From NCBI GenBank assembly GCA_977018835.1, contig OZ361256.1, positions 1,984,001 to 2,048,000 on the forward strand: a DNA stretch of 64,000 nt, read 5' to 3'. A program made the translations under genes and the position numbers. This stretch comes from Minutocellus sp. GHC0000111 (lineage: Eukaryota). Positions 1 through 10,632 of the stretch are shown one piece after another. Every line of letters starts with the position of its first letter. Position 1 is the first letter of the stretch. The notes below the pieces were generated by a model. It saw only the letters and a list, made by a program, of their open reading frames with translations, did not search any database and had not been told where the DNA came from.

Positions 1-16
1 GACTTGCATTACTTGC

Positions 17-934
17 GTGCATGAACTCATTGGAACGGTGACACAAGAAACCCTTCATGGGACCCTTTTGTCTGCGTTGGAATATGATCCTACGGATAAA
101 TATCGCTGCCCTCTGTGTCGTGATCTGCTGCCCTTCACGCCACAATCTGCTGGAATTGCACTGGTTTCTCAATCTGCCAAAGGTAATCCCCTTTGTCAAT
201 ATGTACTCGCACATTTTCATCTTGGCTTTTATCGCAAAGGCCATCCGATTCTACCTCGACCTACTCCAGCTCTTTGAGTGAAATTTTTGCACGACGCAGC
301 CGGCCGTAGATATCCACCTGCCTGTATTTTACTTGGAAATTTTCATCTCGAAGGTCTTGAGGAAGAGGGCAAAATGTTAATCGAACGCAGCGTCCCAAAA
401 GCGCTCCAAATACTTCATAGTGTTGAGGATACTGGCGATCCACAGATATTGTCAATGTTAGCAGATGCATATCATCGTGAAGGGAACAAATACAAAAACT
501 TGGTATACCTGAAGTCGGCCGCGGAGGCAGGCCACGCTGGAAGTGCAGGTAAGATCGGGATCATGTACCTCAGCGGTATGGGCAAGGACAAGATCCAACG
601 AGACAAGGCGAAGAATTATCTCCGTCTAGCATTCGAGGAAGGCCATAGTTCCATCCGAGGCAAGTACGGTTTTTATCTTGCAAATCTTTATCGTGAAGAG
701 GGAGAAGTCAATAGTTACATTGATTCGCTCGACGCAGCAGCCGCCTTCCATGCAGAGGCTTCGTATGTACTCGGTAGCTATTATCTGACCGGCAAATATG
801 TTGAGCTTGGTCGCGAGAAAGCCCGATTCTATTTGAATCAGGCTGCAAATATGGGGCACTCTGTTGCAGCTGAAGTGACGGAATTGCGCGGCCTTTGCAA
901 GGCTGCTGGAGCCATCACACTGCGTGACACTTGA
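17..934 (+). pseudogene. Sel1-repeat protein with an N-terminal CxxC (RING-like) remnant; one in-frame TGA at 275-277; 5' end may lie outside the window
   Basis: ORFs 17..277 and 278..934 are in the same frame. Motifs YRCPLCR, and Sel1-like repeats (KSAAEAGHAGSAGKIGIMY, EASYVLGSYYLTG, YLNQAANMGH). Confidence 0.6.
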
Positions 935-1092
935 ATACATACATTTGTCATACCAGGGGCTCATGGTCATACATGGTATTTTGTATAGTAACTCAAATAA
1001 TACTGTGCTTGTGTGAAAGTATCACTACTTATTTTAAGCAGCCATCCTCAAACGACAGCCGCATCCCTTGGACAGAATTTTCCTCTCCAATC

Positions 1093-2163
1093 TTACGTAT
1101 CGGCCGGGTCGGCACCATACTTGGCGGTCTTGACGCCGTCCTTGTCGATGACCTTGATGATGAAGTTGGGCTGAGCGATGAGGAAACGGGTCTGCAACTC
1201 CTTCATGCAGTGCTCAACGATGGCCACGGCCTCGTCCTCGGTAAGGCCCTCCTTCCAATCGCGGTCCATGATGGAAAGGCAGAAGTTGGAGGCGTAGCCC
1301 TGGCAGCCGTAGTTGACCTTCTGGAGGGAGGCGAGATAGTCCAAGAAGTACAGGGAACTGGACTCGGTGTCGACGTCGTATCCGCCGAGGAGAACATTGA
1401 CCTGATACGGACCACGGCGGAGGGCGGCGGCAAGCTCTCCGCGCATAAAGTTGGCCTGGGCGTGGGTGGAAAGCTTCATGCCGTCGTTGGACAGCTCGTA
1501 CAGAGCAATGTTCTTTTGGATGTACTCACTGAAGTTGACGAGGTCGGCGTTCGGGCCGGAAACACCCAGGGCCGAATGGCTCGACAACGGCACGACCTTG
1601 TCCAAATTCCTTTGGTACATGAGGATCGACCTGGCGTTGCCCTGATCGGCCGCTATGACGACTGTGTGTTGGTGTGGGCGGGGGGTTCAGAGGAGTGGAG
1701 TGGAATGAACAAAGCGTGAGAATACGGTGAAAATCAATCAATGCTGCACAAATAAACCCTGATCGGGCAGGGTCATCCTTCGGTCGGACACCCGAGCTTA
1801 GGGCAGACAGAGATATCATCCGAGCGGCAAACGCCGGAGGGGTCGGTCGGTCAGTCGGCGTCGGCCGGCCGCGGAGATACGCAGTGGTCGACGCGGTCGG
1901 CACATGTTGCGTCTTGCAGGATAACCACCGCGCGCAGTCCACCCTCCGCCTAAAAACAATCATTGCATGGCGAATGTAGTTGGCTTTTGTATGATGCCAC
2001 GCCGACGACCACGGCACATGGTATCGATCAGATGAGACCGTCTGCAATACACCCCCGACGGCACGACGCATGCGCTTCGTGTTCGCTTTGCACTCCACAG
2101 CCCGCAGCCGCCTGACCAAAACTCACCACCGCCGTCATATTTCACTCCGAATACGGTATCCAT
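1093..2163 (-). CDS. PSMB2: 20S proteasome subunit beta type-2 (beta4), 2 exons (2163-2127, 1661-1093)
   Basis: Spliced N-terminus MDTVFGVKYDGG|VVIAADQGNARSILMY via GTGAGT...CACAG intron; RRGPYQVNVLLGGYD and LYFLDYLASL motifs. Confidence 0.95.
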
Positions 2164-2326
2164 CGTTGATTTACAATTTGAGCGAGCAATGCACGCCGCT
2201 GCGGAGGTTGCTTGGGTATCGTTTATGCAGGTTGGAGCGGTCCAACTCTGCCGCTCTCCATCCATGGTCTTCCGGCGAGCTCCAATGTTGGCTTTCTCCT
2301 TCGTCATGTTGATGCAACCACGAACT

Positions 2327-2349
2327 TACGTACGTACGTACGTACGTAC
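2327..2349. repeat. (TACG)5 self-complementary microsatellite in a divergent promoter
   Basis: tacgtacgtacgtacgtacgtac between the PSMB2 and DNAJC11-like start codons. Confidence 0.9.
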
Positions 2350-2415
2350 ATACCATCGTCTTCGCAAAACCACCGCGGCACCACCGGCCACAAACCACAA
2401 AAATGAGCAGCAACC

Positions 2416-4083
2416 ATGGCCGGCGAAGGAGAAGCCCACGTCAGTGCAGCATCTCCCGCCCTGGATCGGCTTGGATCAGACGAGGAGGCACGCATCGAGC
2501 GCCTGATCAAGTCCAAGGAAGATCAGCTCGACGAAAGTTCCGGCCAAAACGAGCATGATCCCCACCATGTCGCCCGCAGCCTGTCGTCCTTTCGGGGCCG
2601 AGGCCATCACCGACGGTCGATTGGTGGTAGCGGCATAGGTGTTGGGAAGCAGACATTGGGCGATGGTGCATTTGACTTTACTGTCGATGATCGGGAATCC
2701 TTCGCCAACAGTGGTTCCATAGAAATTCCCATGGCCTTGTCTCTTGGAAATGTTGCAATCGCAAAAGCCGAGGGCGAGAAGGATGATGGTCACCAGCCAG
2801 CCACCCTCTCGGTGCAATCCACCAGAATGGCCCTGGCATGGAAGATACCATCAAAGCAAGGGGCTCGTTGGAGCGCATCGTTTGCATCGCAGTCCTTTGC
2901 AAAGCAAAAGCTCGGCTATGCAAGCTGTACTAGTCGAATCGGATACGACCTACTACCCTCGACGCAACTGTACACCGAGATGGACTTGGGAGTGCACCCT
3001 CGAAGCACAATTGGTACTGCAGTTCGATTGTCCCAAAGCAGTTCCGTACAGGTAGGATTGATCGGTGGTGGTCCAGGCGGTTTGGACATCCGTGGACAAC
3101 GCAACTTTGTCCAAAATCGCATCCGTGGTACCCTGGCCCTCACCGTGGATTCCACCCGACGCTTTCGGGTGCTGCAGATTGGACTGACCACCTTGGTCGA
3201 TCGTCTCCCCACCCTGTCGTTGGGGATTAATCTGGGCGTCAACGTTGATCCTGTCCAACTGACTGTTGAAAATGAACGCGCCTGTGCATCGATCGGTTGG
3301 AGAGGATTCAAGAGAGGACTGGCCTTTGATGGCATAATACGTCGGAGCTTGTCCAATTTTGCAGCCTTTGGCGTTGGAGTACGCGCGGTGGCTGGAAAGG
3401 GTGTGGTATGGCTCTTCCAATTGGAGAGAGGTGAATTTGTAATGAAGATTCCCGTCGCAATTTGTCTCAGGCTGGATGCTGGTTCGTCAATAGCTCTGCT
3501 GTACATATCTTTTTTGTCAGGTGTCATTGATGGTATCATTGGAGACTTTACAAGCACAAGCAGTACGACTTCTGACGTTACTGTCGAAGGAAACAAATCC
3601 AACAATATCAATATGTTGCGCAAGACAAAGGCCAAGGAGGACGCTGACCGTCAGAAATCGCTGATGGAGCGACAGGCCAATAGTAAGAGAAAACGAGAGC
3701 AGGAAAGAAAGGGATTGGTAATCGATCAGGCCATTTACTACGTAGAGGACGGGGATAGACTGGACGTTACAACGCAGATTCAATTCTGGGTAACCGACTC
3801 TTCGTTGTATCTACCATCGACGCCAAAAAGCAATCTCTTGGGATTCTATGACGTGTCTTCAAACAAATCGAATTCTAGTGACACAAAACTGGGTAAGTTG
3901 ACAAGCTGGAAGCAGATAAAGGAAGGGTTTTGGTCCGAGACAAAGTCTCCGGATCCAACTTTGTACATCAGATACACGCACGAAGGTGAAATATTTGAAG
4001 TATCAATAAGAGACGAAGAGGAGCTCGTATTGCCAAGCCCATCTGGTGTGCGCGTAAATCGATCGGAGGAAGAGAAAAACTAA
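2416..4083 (+). CDS. DNAJC11-like protein (beta-rich core plus DUF3395-like C-terminus) lacking a J-domain
   Basis: C-terminal GLVIDQAIY..DVTTQIQFWV..SNLLGFYD..PTLYIRY..LVLP aligns by eye with the neighbouring DNAJC11; no HPD motif. Confidence 0.75.
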   Translation: MAGEGEAHVSAASPALDRLGSDEEARIERLIKSKEDQLDESSGQNEHDPHHVARSLSSFRGRGHHRRSIGGSGIGVGKQTLGDGAFDFTVDDRESFANSGSIEIPMALSLGNVAIAKAEGEKDDGHQPATLSVQSTRMALAWKIPSKQGARWSASFASQSFAKQKLGYASCTSRIGYDLLPSTQLYTEMDLGVHPRSTIGTAVRLSQSSSVQVGLIGGGPGGLDIRGQRNFVQNRIRGTLALTVDSTRRFRVLQIGLTTLVDRLPTLSLGINLGVNVDPVQLTVENERACASIGWRGFKRGLAFDGIIRRSLSNFAAFGVGVRAVAGKGVVWLFQLERGEFVMKIPVAICLRLDAGSSIALLYISFLSGVIDGIIGDFTSTSSTTSDVTVEGNKSNNINMLRKTKAKEDADRQKSLMERQANSKRKREQERKGLVIDQAIYYVEDGDRLDVTTQIQFWVTDSSLYLPSTPKSNLLGFYDVSSNKSNSSDTKLGKLTSWKQIKEGFWSETKSPDPTLYIRYTHEGEIFEVSIRDEEELVLPSPSGVRVNRSEEEKN

Positions 4084-4143
4084 CTAAAATAAGTCACTTG
4101 GTGTAGTGACCTACGACGTATATAGAGTCTATCTAATCTCCTT

Positions 4144-6003
4144 CTATTTTACGTATCGGCCATCACCAAGCTTGAGTGCAAGGGGAGACGGCAACGAAAG
4201 CGGGTCTTCGTCTGCAACGCATATCTCATAAACACTGCCTGAATATTTGTACCTAACTGTCAAAGTTGGCACAGGCCCTCTCCTGATATCAGATGGGCAA
4301 TCGAATAGACCAAATGTAAATCTAGATACAACTCTTCGCCATCCAGATGAGGCAATGGTGCCCTCTTCGCTCTCAGGCACTGTTTGTCGTATATCATAGA
4401 AACCGAGTAAATTACAAAAGGCCGTCGCAGGCAACGCTAATCTCGAATTTGCAATCCAAAATTGCAATTGATTCGAAACGTCGAGTGAGTCTCCTCCTTC
4501 GACCTCATAAATTGCTCTCAAGATCACAAGGCCATCCTTCTTTTCTTCTACTTCTCGTTTCATTTCCGCCGGTCCCCTCATCAGGGCTACTTGCTGCTGT
4601 GCGTCAGCTCTCGCTTTATTCATTCCAGCTAAATGGGCCTCTTCTCGTCGAAGTGCATCCTTATTGTCCTTGGTATCGTCATCATCCTCCACGATGAAGC
4701 TCGAAGTCATTTCAGAAACAAAATCTCCAATAGCCTCGTCAATCAACAGAGACAAGAATGTCATGTACATGCACTTGAAATGATATCCAGGGCTGGTTAT
4801 CGAACTGATGCTGATAGGAATGCTGAATGTCATTTGTCCTCTTTGAATCCTCAACAGCCAAGTCAGTCCCTTGGCAGCTACGTGCTTGATGCCCACTGAA
4901 AACTTGCTGTATTTCGACAATACTCGAGTCATTACGCCCGATAGCTCAACACCCTTTGGTCCCCAGCCATACGAGAGCTGTCCAGAATGTGTCTTTGAGA
5001 AATCATGGTCCGCTGACAATCGAAGAGGGTAGTTATCGATGCCGATGTTAAGTTTGGCCGTATAGCGTGGCTTGGTTTGCAGAGATGTGAACTGCAGCAA
5101 CCCGTAGTGAAGGGAGAAGTCTGGCGATGAACATCCAACGGCCCAAGTACCTCGAACCGTATTTCGAAAGAGCGGTCGGTGCGATGAGAGTGAAAGTGCA
5201 AGCTTATCCGAGCCAGGCAGAGTCGATACAGATGTAGTAACGAGTGTCTGGCTCAGTAGTACTCTCGTGGAGCTGAGAGACACCTTTGCATTCTCGCCAA
5301 CATCGACATCGAGTGACATATCAGTTCCCTGCACAGGTGTATACCCAACTGATACTGATCCAGATCCACCAGCTTGCCCATTTTGCATATGTGTCGAGCC
5401 ACCAAAGGTGGTGCTCCATTTGCTATCATCGCTGTGCACTGTACCGACAGAGAAATTCATTGCAGCTTTCTCAACCTCTGGCAGTCCCAACGGTTCAGCT
5501 CCCTCATTCAAGAAGGCAGTATGGAGCATTGAACATCGAAGTTCAATTGATCCCGAGGCATCAATTTCGGATGACATGTGCTGATACTCATTGAATTGGA
5601 TCGCTTCATCAAGGACCTGCTTCGCCTCTTTTCGCTTGCCGACCTTATGAAGTCGAACCAGTTGCCGAAAGGTTGAGTTGGGATCTGACGAGTTCATACT
5701 TCGCTTCACGAAGTACACACCATAGTGCCCATGGTCGTCATATGCCTGTCTTAAGACCGGGTCGACCAGTATGTCATGGGCCACCTTGAACTCGACAAAG
5801 GTTGCCTGCGCATCTTCCCTCTTTCCTGGATCGGGCTGCTTGTCGGGATGGAACGCACGAGACAGATGCTTGTACGAGCGCTGGATATCATCCAGAGTTG
5901 CCGACGGGGCGACAGCGAGGACAGCATAGGGGCACTTTGGCTGAACCTTTTCGCCGTCCTCGTCCACTTCCCGTGGCCCGCCACCCCCGCTGCTGTTGCT
6001 CAT
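4144..6003 (-). CDS. DNAJC11: DnaJ subfamily C member 11 homologue
   Basis: J-domain (PYAVL..HPDKQ..RQAYD) and C-terminal GLVILRAIY..DVSNQLQFW..LLGFYD..LTVRY domain. Confidence 0.88.
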   Translation of the reverse strand: MSNSSGGGGPREVDEDGEKVQPKCPYAVLAVAPSATLDDIQRSYKHLSRAFHPDKQPDPGKREDAQATFVEFKVAHDILVDPVLRQAYDDHGHYGVYFVKRSMNSSDPNSTFRQLVRLHKVGKRKEAKQVLDEAIQFNEYQHMSSEIDASGSIELRCSMLHTAFLNEGAEPLGLPEVEKAAMNFSVGTVHSDDSKWSTTFGGSTHMQNGQAGGSGSVSVGYTPVQGTDMSLDVDVGENAKVSLSSTRVLLSQTLVTTSVSTLPGSDKLALSLSSHRPLFRNTVRGTWAVGCSSPDFSLHYGLLQFTSLQTKPRYTAKLNIGIDNYPLRLSADHDFSKTHSGQLSYGWGPKGVELSGVMTRVLSKYSKFSVGIKHVAAKGLTWLLRIQRGQMTFSIPISISSITSPGYHFKCMYMTFLSLLIDEAIGDFVSEMTSSFIVEDDDDTKDNKDALRREEAHLAGMNKARADAQQQVALMRGPAEMKREVEEKKDGLVILRAIYEVEGGDSLDVSNQLQFWIANSRLALPATAFCNLLGFYDIRQTVPESEEGTIASSGWRRVVSRFTFGLFDCPSDIRRGPVPTLTVRYKYSGSVYEICVADEDPLSLPSPLALKLGDGRYVK

Positions 6004-6412
6004 GCTGTTGAACTTTGCTGATTGAGCAAGAGGAATAAGACCACACAGAGCTCCGGCTGATGACGACGAGCATGAGAGCCGAAAAAAGGGTCGGTCAGGG
6101 AGGTTTGCGACTGCAGGTTGCAAACATTGACGACGGACAGACAGCAAGACACCCATTCCTCAATGCAATCTGCAAATCCCCATCGCATGCCATGGCCAGC
6201 ATTTTCCTCGCTCCCTCTTTAATATATATGTAGCCTCAACTCTTTAGACTAGAGGAGTAATTTTCATCATCAATCATGGCCAACCCAAAAAGCATCTGCA
6301 GTCAAATCGATCTACCGGTACCACCGGTAAATGCAAGATAAAAAATATGTTGTAAAATTTTCATTATCTTTGATTCGATTCTCTTCCTTTCCAATTTTAT
6401 AAGATCTACCGC

Positions 6413-8850
6413 TTACCGTTTATTCTTTCGCATCAGTCTTTCGCCGGCACTTCGAAAGGAATTTCTTCTTACAGGTTTGTTTGGAACAGTCAATGTCTGC
6501 TGCCGCTTGATCTCTTCGTGCCATTCTCTTTTTGTCTTTGGTTTCGATTTAGTACCTCCAGCAGCAGCACCTCCGTTGAAGGTGGATGCAGTACCAGATA
6601 CCCTTCCTGGTCGACCTGCAGACATATGTCGTTCGGCGGGAGGTGCCTGATTTAGCACGCGAATGGATCCATGGCCATTTGAGCGCCCAATTTGTGGAGA
6701 AGATGATCTAGAACGATAAGGCGGGGCAGAATTTGCAGAACTTCGCTGATTGTGCGGAACGACACCTCTTGAAGGCTGGCCTAGTGCATGTTGCAATGAC
6801 ATTTGAGGATGTCTTGTCTGGCTGATAGGTCGGTGTGGCTGGCTTCGTTGTCTGTACTGCCCTTCTCCACCATAAATCTGCGGTATTTCAGGCCTTGATC
6901 TACCAGGATATGACCTTTGATCTCTCGTCGGCGTTCTACTTCTATCAAGTCGAGGCTGTGGAACGTCCGGTCTTTCTCTGGGAGCCCTCTGCATCGACGG
7001 ATCTGCCCGAGCAGGATGAGGACGAAATGACGCCCATTTATTCATGTCCTGCCGATCATCAAACATTGGAGGTCGGGGACGGCTGGGCGATGGACTCAAG
7101 CTTCGAATATTGGCTTGCATCGGAGCCTCTGCCCCGGAAGGTGGCACGTTCACATCTCCAATCATGTATCTTTCGGGAGACTTTGGACGATTTTTTTGCA
7201 GCAGTGGCCGAAAAAGTCTACTTGTATCGCAGCACACCGGCCGGCATCGCACAAAAAGACGAGCTGAGATGAGATCATTGTCTTTCCTTGGTGAACGAGC
7301 TCTCTCTCTTTCATCAGCTGTCAAAAGAGTACGCGATTTTGACCCAATCACTCTTCTCTCCCTCTTACGAACAATATGCAAGAGAATCGAGGTAAACACA
7401 ATGGCGGACAGAGTCAAGTACATATTTGCTTTGATTCGCGTGCCGTGCCTGTAAATTCTGCCCCCACCTTCCCACGAACCAAATGTTTGGCCTCCAACCT
7501 GGACCTCAGTAATCGAACCTTGAAAGCTCCCCTTCAGCAAGCATTCACCGGTACAAGGGTAGGAATCATGCGAGTGAAACTTCCAACATTGATTGATTAG
7601 GTCGTCCTCATCAGTACCATCGTCACCTGAATAGGAAATATATTGAGAGATCATGGAATGTTAGGATGCTTTGAATAAATAATATATACAAACAAAACCA
7701 CGGCGAGATACTCATGCAGATCGTCATCATTACCTATCAAATAGCCATCCTGGTAGGAAGGATAGTCGATGCAAGGGGTACAATATTTGTAGGTCTCGAA
7801 CACACTGTTCACTGCTTCCAGCGTTGGCTCACGGGCCGAAGCCCAGGCCTGGCAATCCATGTTGCCATCCCCGTCATTGTCACCAAGACGTCTTCGATCA
7901 TCACCATTACAGACATCGTCCTTGTCTTCGTCCAGCTTTCTTCTTTCCCTGCCCTTTTGGTTTTGGTAAACATATTCATCGTCGTCGAATTGGCTCCAGT
8001 AAGAGTTGTAGTAGTACTGATCTTCGTACACCGACGAGAATGCTGTATCTGTCTTTGGGATTCTACAACCGGCATCTTCAAATAGCGACATTTGGAAAGT
8101 ACCGCCCTCGGAGGGCAAGACGCCGGCGTAGTAATATGTGCCATCATCATCATTTGGATACAACTGAAAGCAATCGTCTTCTGTCATGTACTCGAGGCCT
8201 CCCCAAGCAACGGCATACTCGTACTCATCAATAGCCCATAGATGCTTGGCGATCTGCTCAAGAAATTGATAGAATTCTTGCCGATAAACACCAATTAGTT
8301 GCCATTCCGTATCTGCCTCGTGACAATCCAAACTTCCTGTTCGGACTCCATCGTCGTCGAAGTATTCATAGTAGCCGTTGCCCTGGTAGTTCGGATTGGC
8401 ATATGCAGCCCACATCATCCAACGACCACATGCATTTTGGCCATAGGCGTCGTCGTCATTGGCATTGTTGTCATCAACATTGTTGTTCAGATTTCTGTCG
8501 TATGCATGGCCTGTGGCATTGGTCGCCATCGATGCCGTTCGTCTCCTCTTTCGGCGGTTCCTGTAGTTGGCCTACTGATCGTACATATTGTCCCCACCTT
8601 GCTGCCAATCGCAGTCTATGAAACCGCCGAGCATTCGATAGGCCGTGGCCCACATGTCCCAGGGATATCCATCGGCATCGTACGAGCTGGCATAACCGGT
8701 CTCGGAATACGAGTAGGGATCTTATTTTTTGTGCCGTCTCGGAGTCTTTCGTTTGGTGACGCGGCTGCCGCCGCCAAAGAGTCCCAGCCCAGCCAATCGC
8801 CGGACTTCCTCGGGGCTGAGACGGTCGAGGGTCTCTACCTTGGGTCTCAT
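6413..8850 (-). CDS. Diatom-type single-pass membrane protein with N/D-rich luminal part and RXL motifs (silicanin-like architecture); possibly disrupted
   Basis: Blocks YRMLGGFIDCD, CGRWMMWAAY, LDCH..GVYRQEFYQF, INQCWKFHSHDSYPC; RKL/RRL motifs; TM YLTLSAIVFTSILLHIV; intron about 7734-7629; in-frame stops at 8722-8724 and 8572-8574. Confidence 0.55.
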
Positions 8851-9090
8851 GGATGGAATCTTCAGACTGTGCTGTTCATCCCATGGCAACGGCAAAAAAT
8901 GGCACATCCGTTTAATCGAGTGAGTCTTTTGACTCGCTCGATCTATCGAAACCTGAAGAAACGCCCTGAACCCAAAACGAAGCGCAAAGAAGCCATCACG
9001 TCTCGGCCAGGGTGCTTTCCTCTCCGACAACAGTGAGTTGGTTGCATTCCAACACGATAAATAAGTTGCACGTTGGCGCGAGAGAAAGAT

Positions 9091-9552
9091 ATGTCATCGT
9101 CAACATCATCAGAACAAGAATCATTCAGCGACAATGATCTCGTCAGCAGCACAATTTACCACGAGCAGTTCGCTCCGCCGTGGAGGATACTTCTTGCTGT
9201 CGTGTTTCCCATTGCACCGATATTCTGGAACTACAGAGTGGACATTACCAAGCATATACTGACAATCGGGTACAGCTTTTGTTACTCAGATATTGACCGA
9301 AATGACATCATCAGTGCAACACCAATCGATATTGTGAATGGTCTCAAAGAATGGGGTGGATGGGGTCTTCGATACAATCTGAAGTGGGAGACTGGGTATA
9401 TCGTCAAGAACGGATCGGCCGTGAGAATTGAGGTTCGTAAGAAGGCCAGTAGTGGTGATGGCGTTGCCGATGATGATGATACGAATGTGAAAGTTTATGT
9501 ATTCAATACAGACGAACCAAAGAAAGTTTGTGATATTTTGAATGGCGTCTAG
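9091..9552 (+). CDS. Small hypothetical protein with one TM segment and a bacterial-PH-like fold
   Basis: Open frame with EWGGWGLRY..GYIVKNGSAVRIE and YVFNTDEP motifs. Confidence 0.6.
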   Translation: MSSSTSSEQESFSDNDLVSSTIYHEQFAPPWRILLAVVFPIAPIFWNYRVDITKHILTIGYSFCYSDIDRNDIISATPIDIVNGLKEWGGWGLRYNLKWETGYIVKNGSAVRIEVRKKASSGDGVADDDDTNVKVYVFNTDEPKKVCDILNGV

Positions 9553-9794
9553 CTACGTAGCTTCAAGTAGGAATTTAGAGACTTATTTAGCATCAATTCT
9601 TATTGAAATAAGAGGTATTGATATATTTCAATCAAAAGGAGGGTATCGCTTGCATCGAACTATCTCGTATGTATGTGTGCTGCACATAAATCACCCCGTC
9701 TTCGTATCAAGGGAGGGCTCCCTTGTTGGTATTTCCCTTTGCGGAATGTATTGAAAGTGTAGCAACCAAATAGCCACCGCCCCTTATCTATATC

Positions 9795-10361
9795 TCAACC
9801 CTCTGCCCTCCATTCGCCGCCCACGCAAACAAAGCCCACTTCTCGATCACACTTTGCAAGTAACGGGTGCTCGAAGTGGAAGACAGCCCGAGTAATCTGG
9901 TCACCTTCAATCCGATCAACGCCCCTGCCGCATCGTATGGCCGCGATTTCGGCTATAAGGTTCATCCATTGACCGTCAGCTTCCGGTGCTGTCGTCAAAT
10001 CTTGCAGGTATGCTGCTGCATCCCCCACTGAGAGATCCAAAGGGACAAATTGTGATACAAAGCCAGCTCTGTCGTTTGCCATCCCGAGTTGTGTGAGCTG
10101 GTCCAATTTGGCTTGAAGAGACGAGGAAGTGGTCTGGAGGAGCTCAACATCAGAAGGCCCGTCGGAAGCATACGTTATGGCCTGCTGCGCCGTCATGGTT
10201 GGCGGCGGGAGTGGCGGAGCTTGAGCAGCGGCAGCAGCTGCCTCGGCGAGATTGGCTTGCATTTGCTGTGCGGATGGGACCACATTGTTGCCACTGCTGC
10301 CACCAGCACCTGAGCCATTGCCACCTCCAACAGTCCGGGTTCGTCTACTTTTCTTCCCCAT
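9795..10361 (-). CDS. Hypothetical protein (188 aa)
   Basis: Clean ORF with AT-rich flanks; globular C-terminus ending CDREVGFVCVGGEWRAEG. Confidence 0.65.
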   Translation of the reverse strand: MGKKSRRTRTVGGGNGSGAGGSSGNNVVPSAQQMQANLAEAAAAAAQAPPLPPPTMTAQQAITYASDGPSDVELLQTTSSSLQAKLDQLTQLGMANDRAGFVSQFVPLDLSVGDAAAYLQDLTTAPEADGQWMNLIAEIAAIRCGRGVDRIEGDQITRAVFHFEHPLLAKCDREVGFVCVGGEWRAEG

Positions 10362-10632
10362 GGTGTTGATCTACGTAGGTGCCTATCAAAAATAAATGAT
10401 CAATGAGGGCGTCTAGGCCGAGCTATTTGCTGAAGCGGTATGCTGATTGATAAGGTCTAGCTCCTTTGGAATCCTAGCTAGCCTACTTCTTCGCCGCTCT
10501 CGCAGGAAAAATGAGGCTGACAGCAGAGCAACAGGTGACGGACAGACCACCAAATCTCAAAACTTCATTCAACGCAAACACATCTTGTGCCGACGGCGGA
10601 TACGACGAGATACGACCTCTTAGCCGGCTTTA

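Noticed and set aside
275..277. Selenocysteine codon
   Set aside because: No redox motif context and no SECIS element recognised.
931..1719. Long antisense ORFs (for example 931..1719, 23512..24714, 58392..59513, 60234..61436)
   Set aside because: They are shadows of codon-biased genes on the opposite strand with no recognisable domains.
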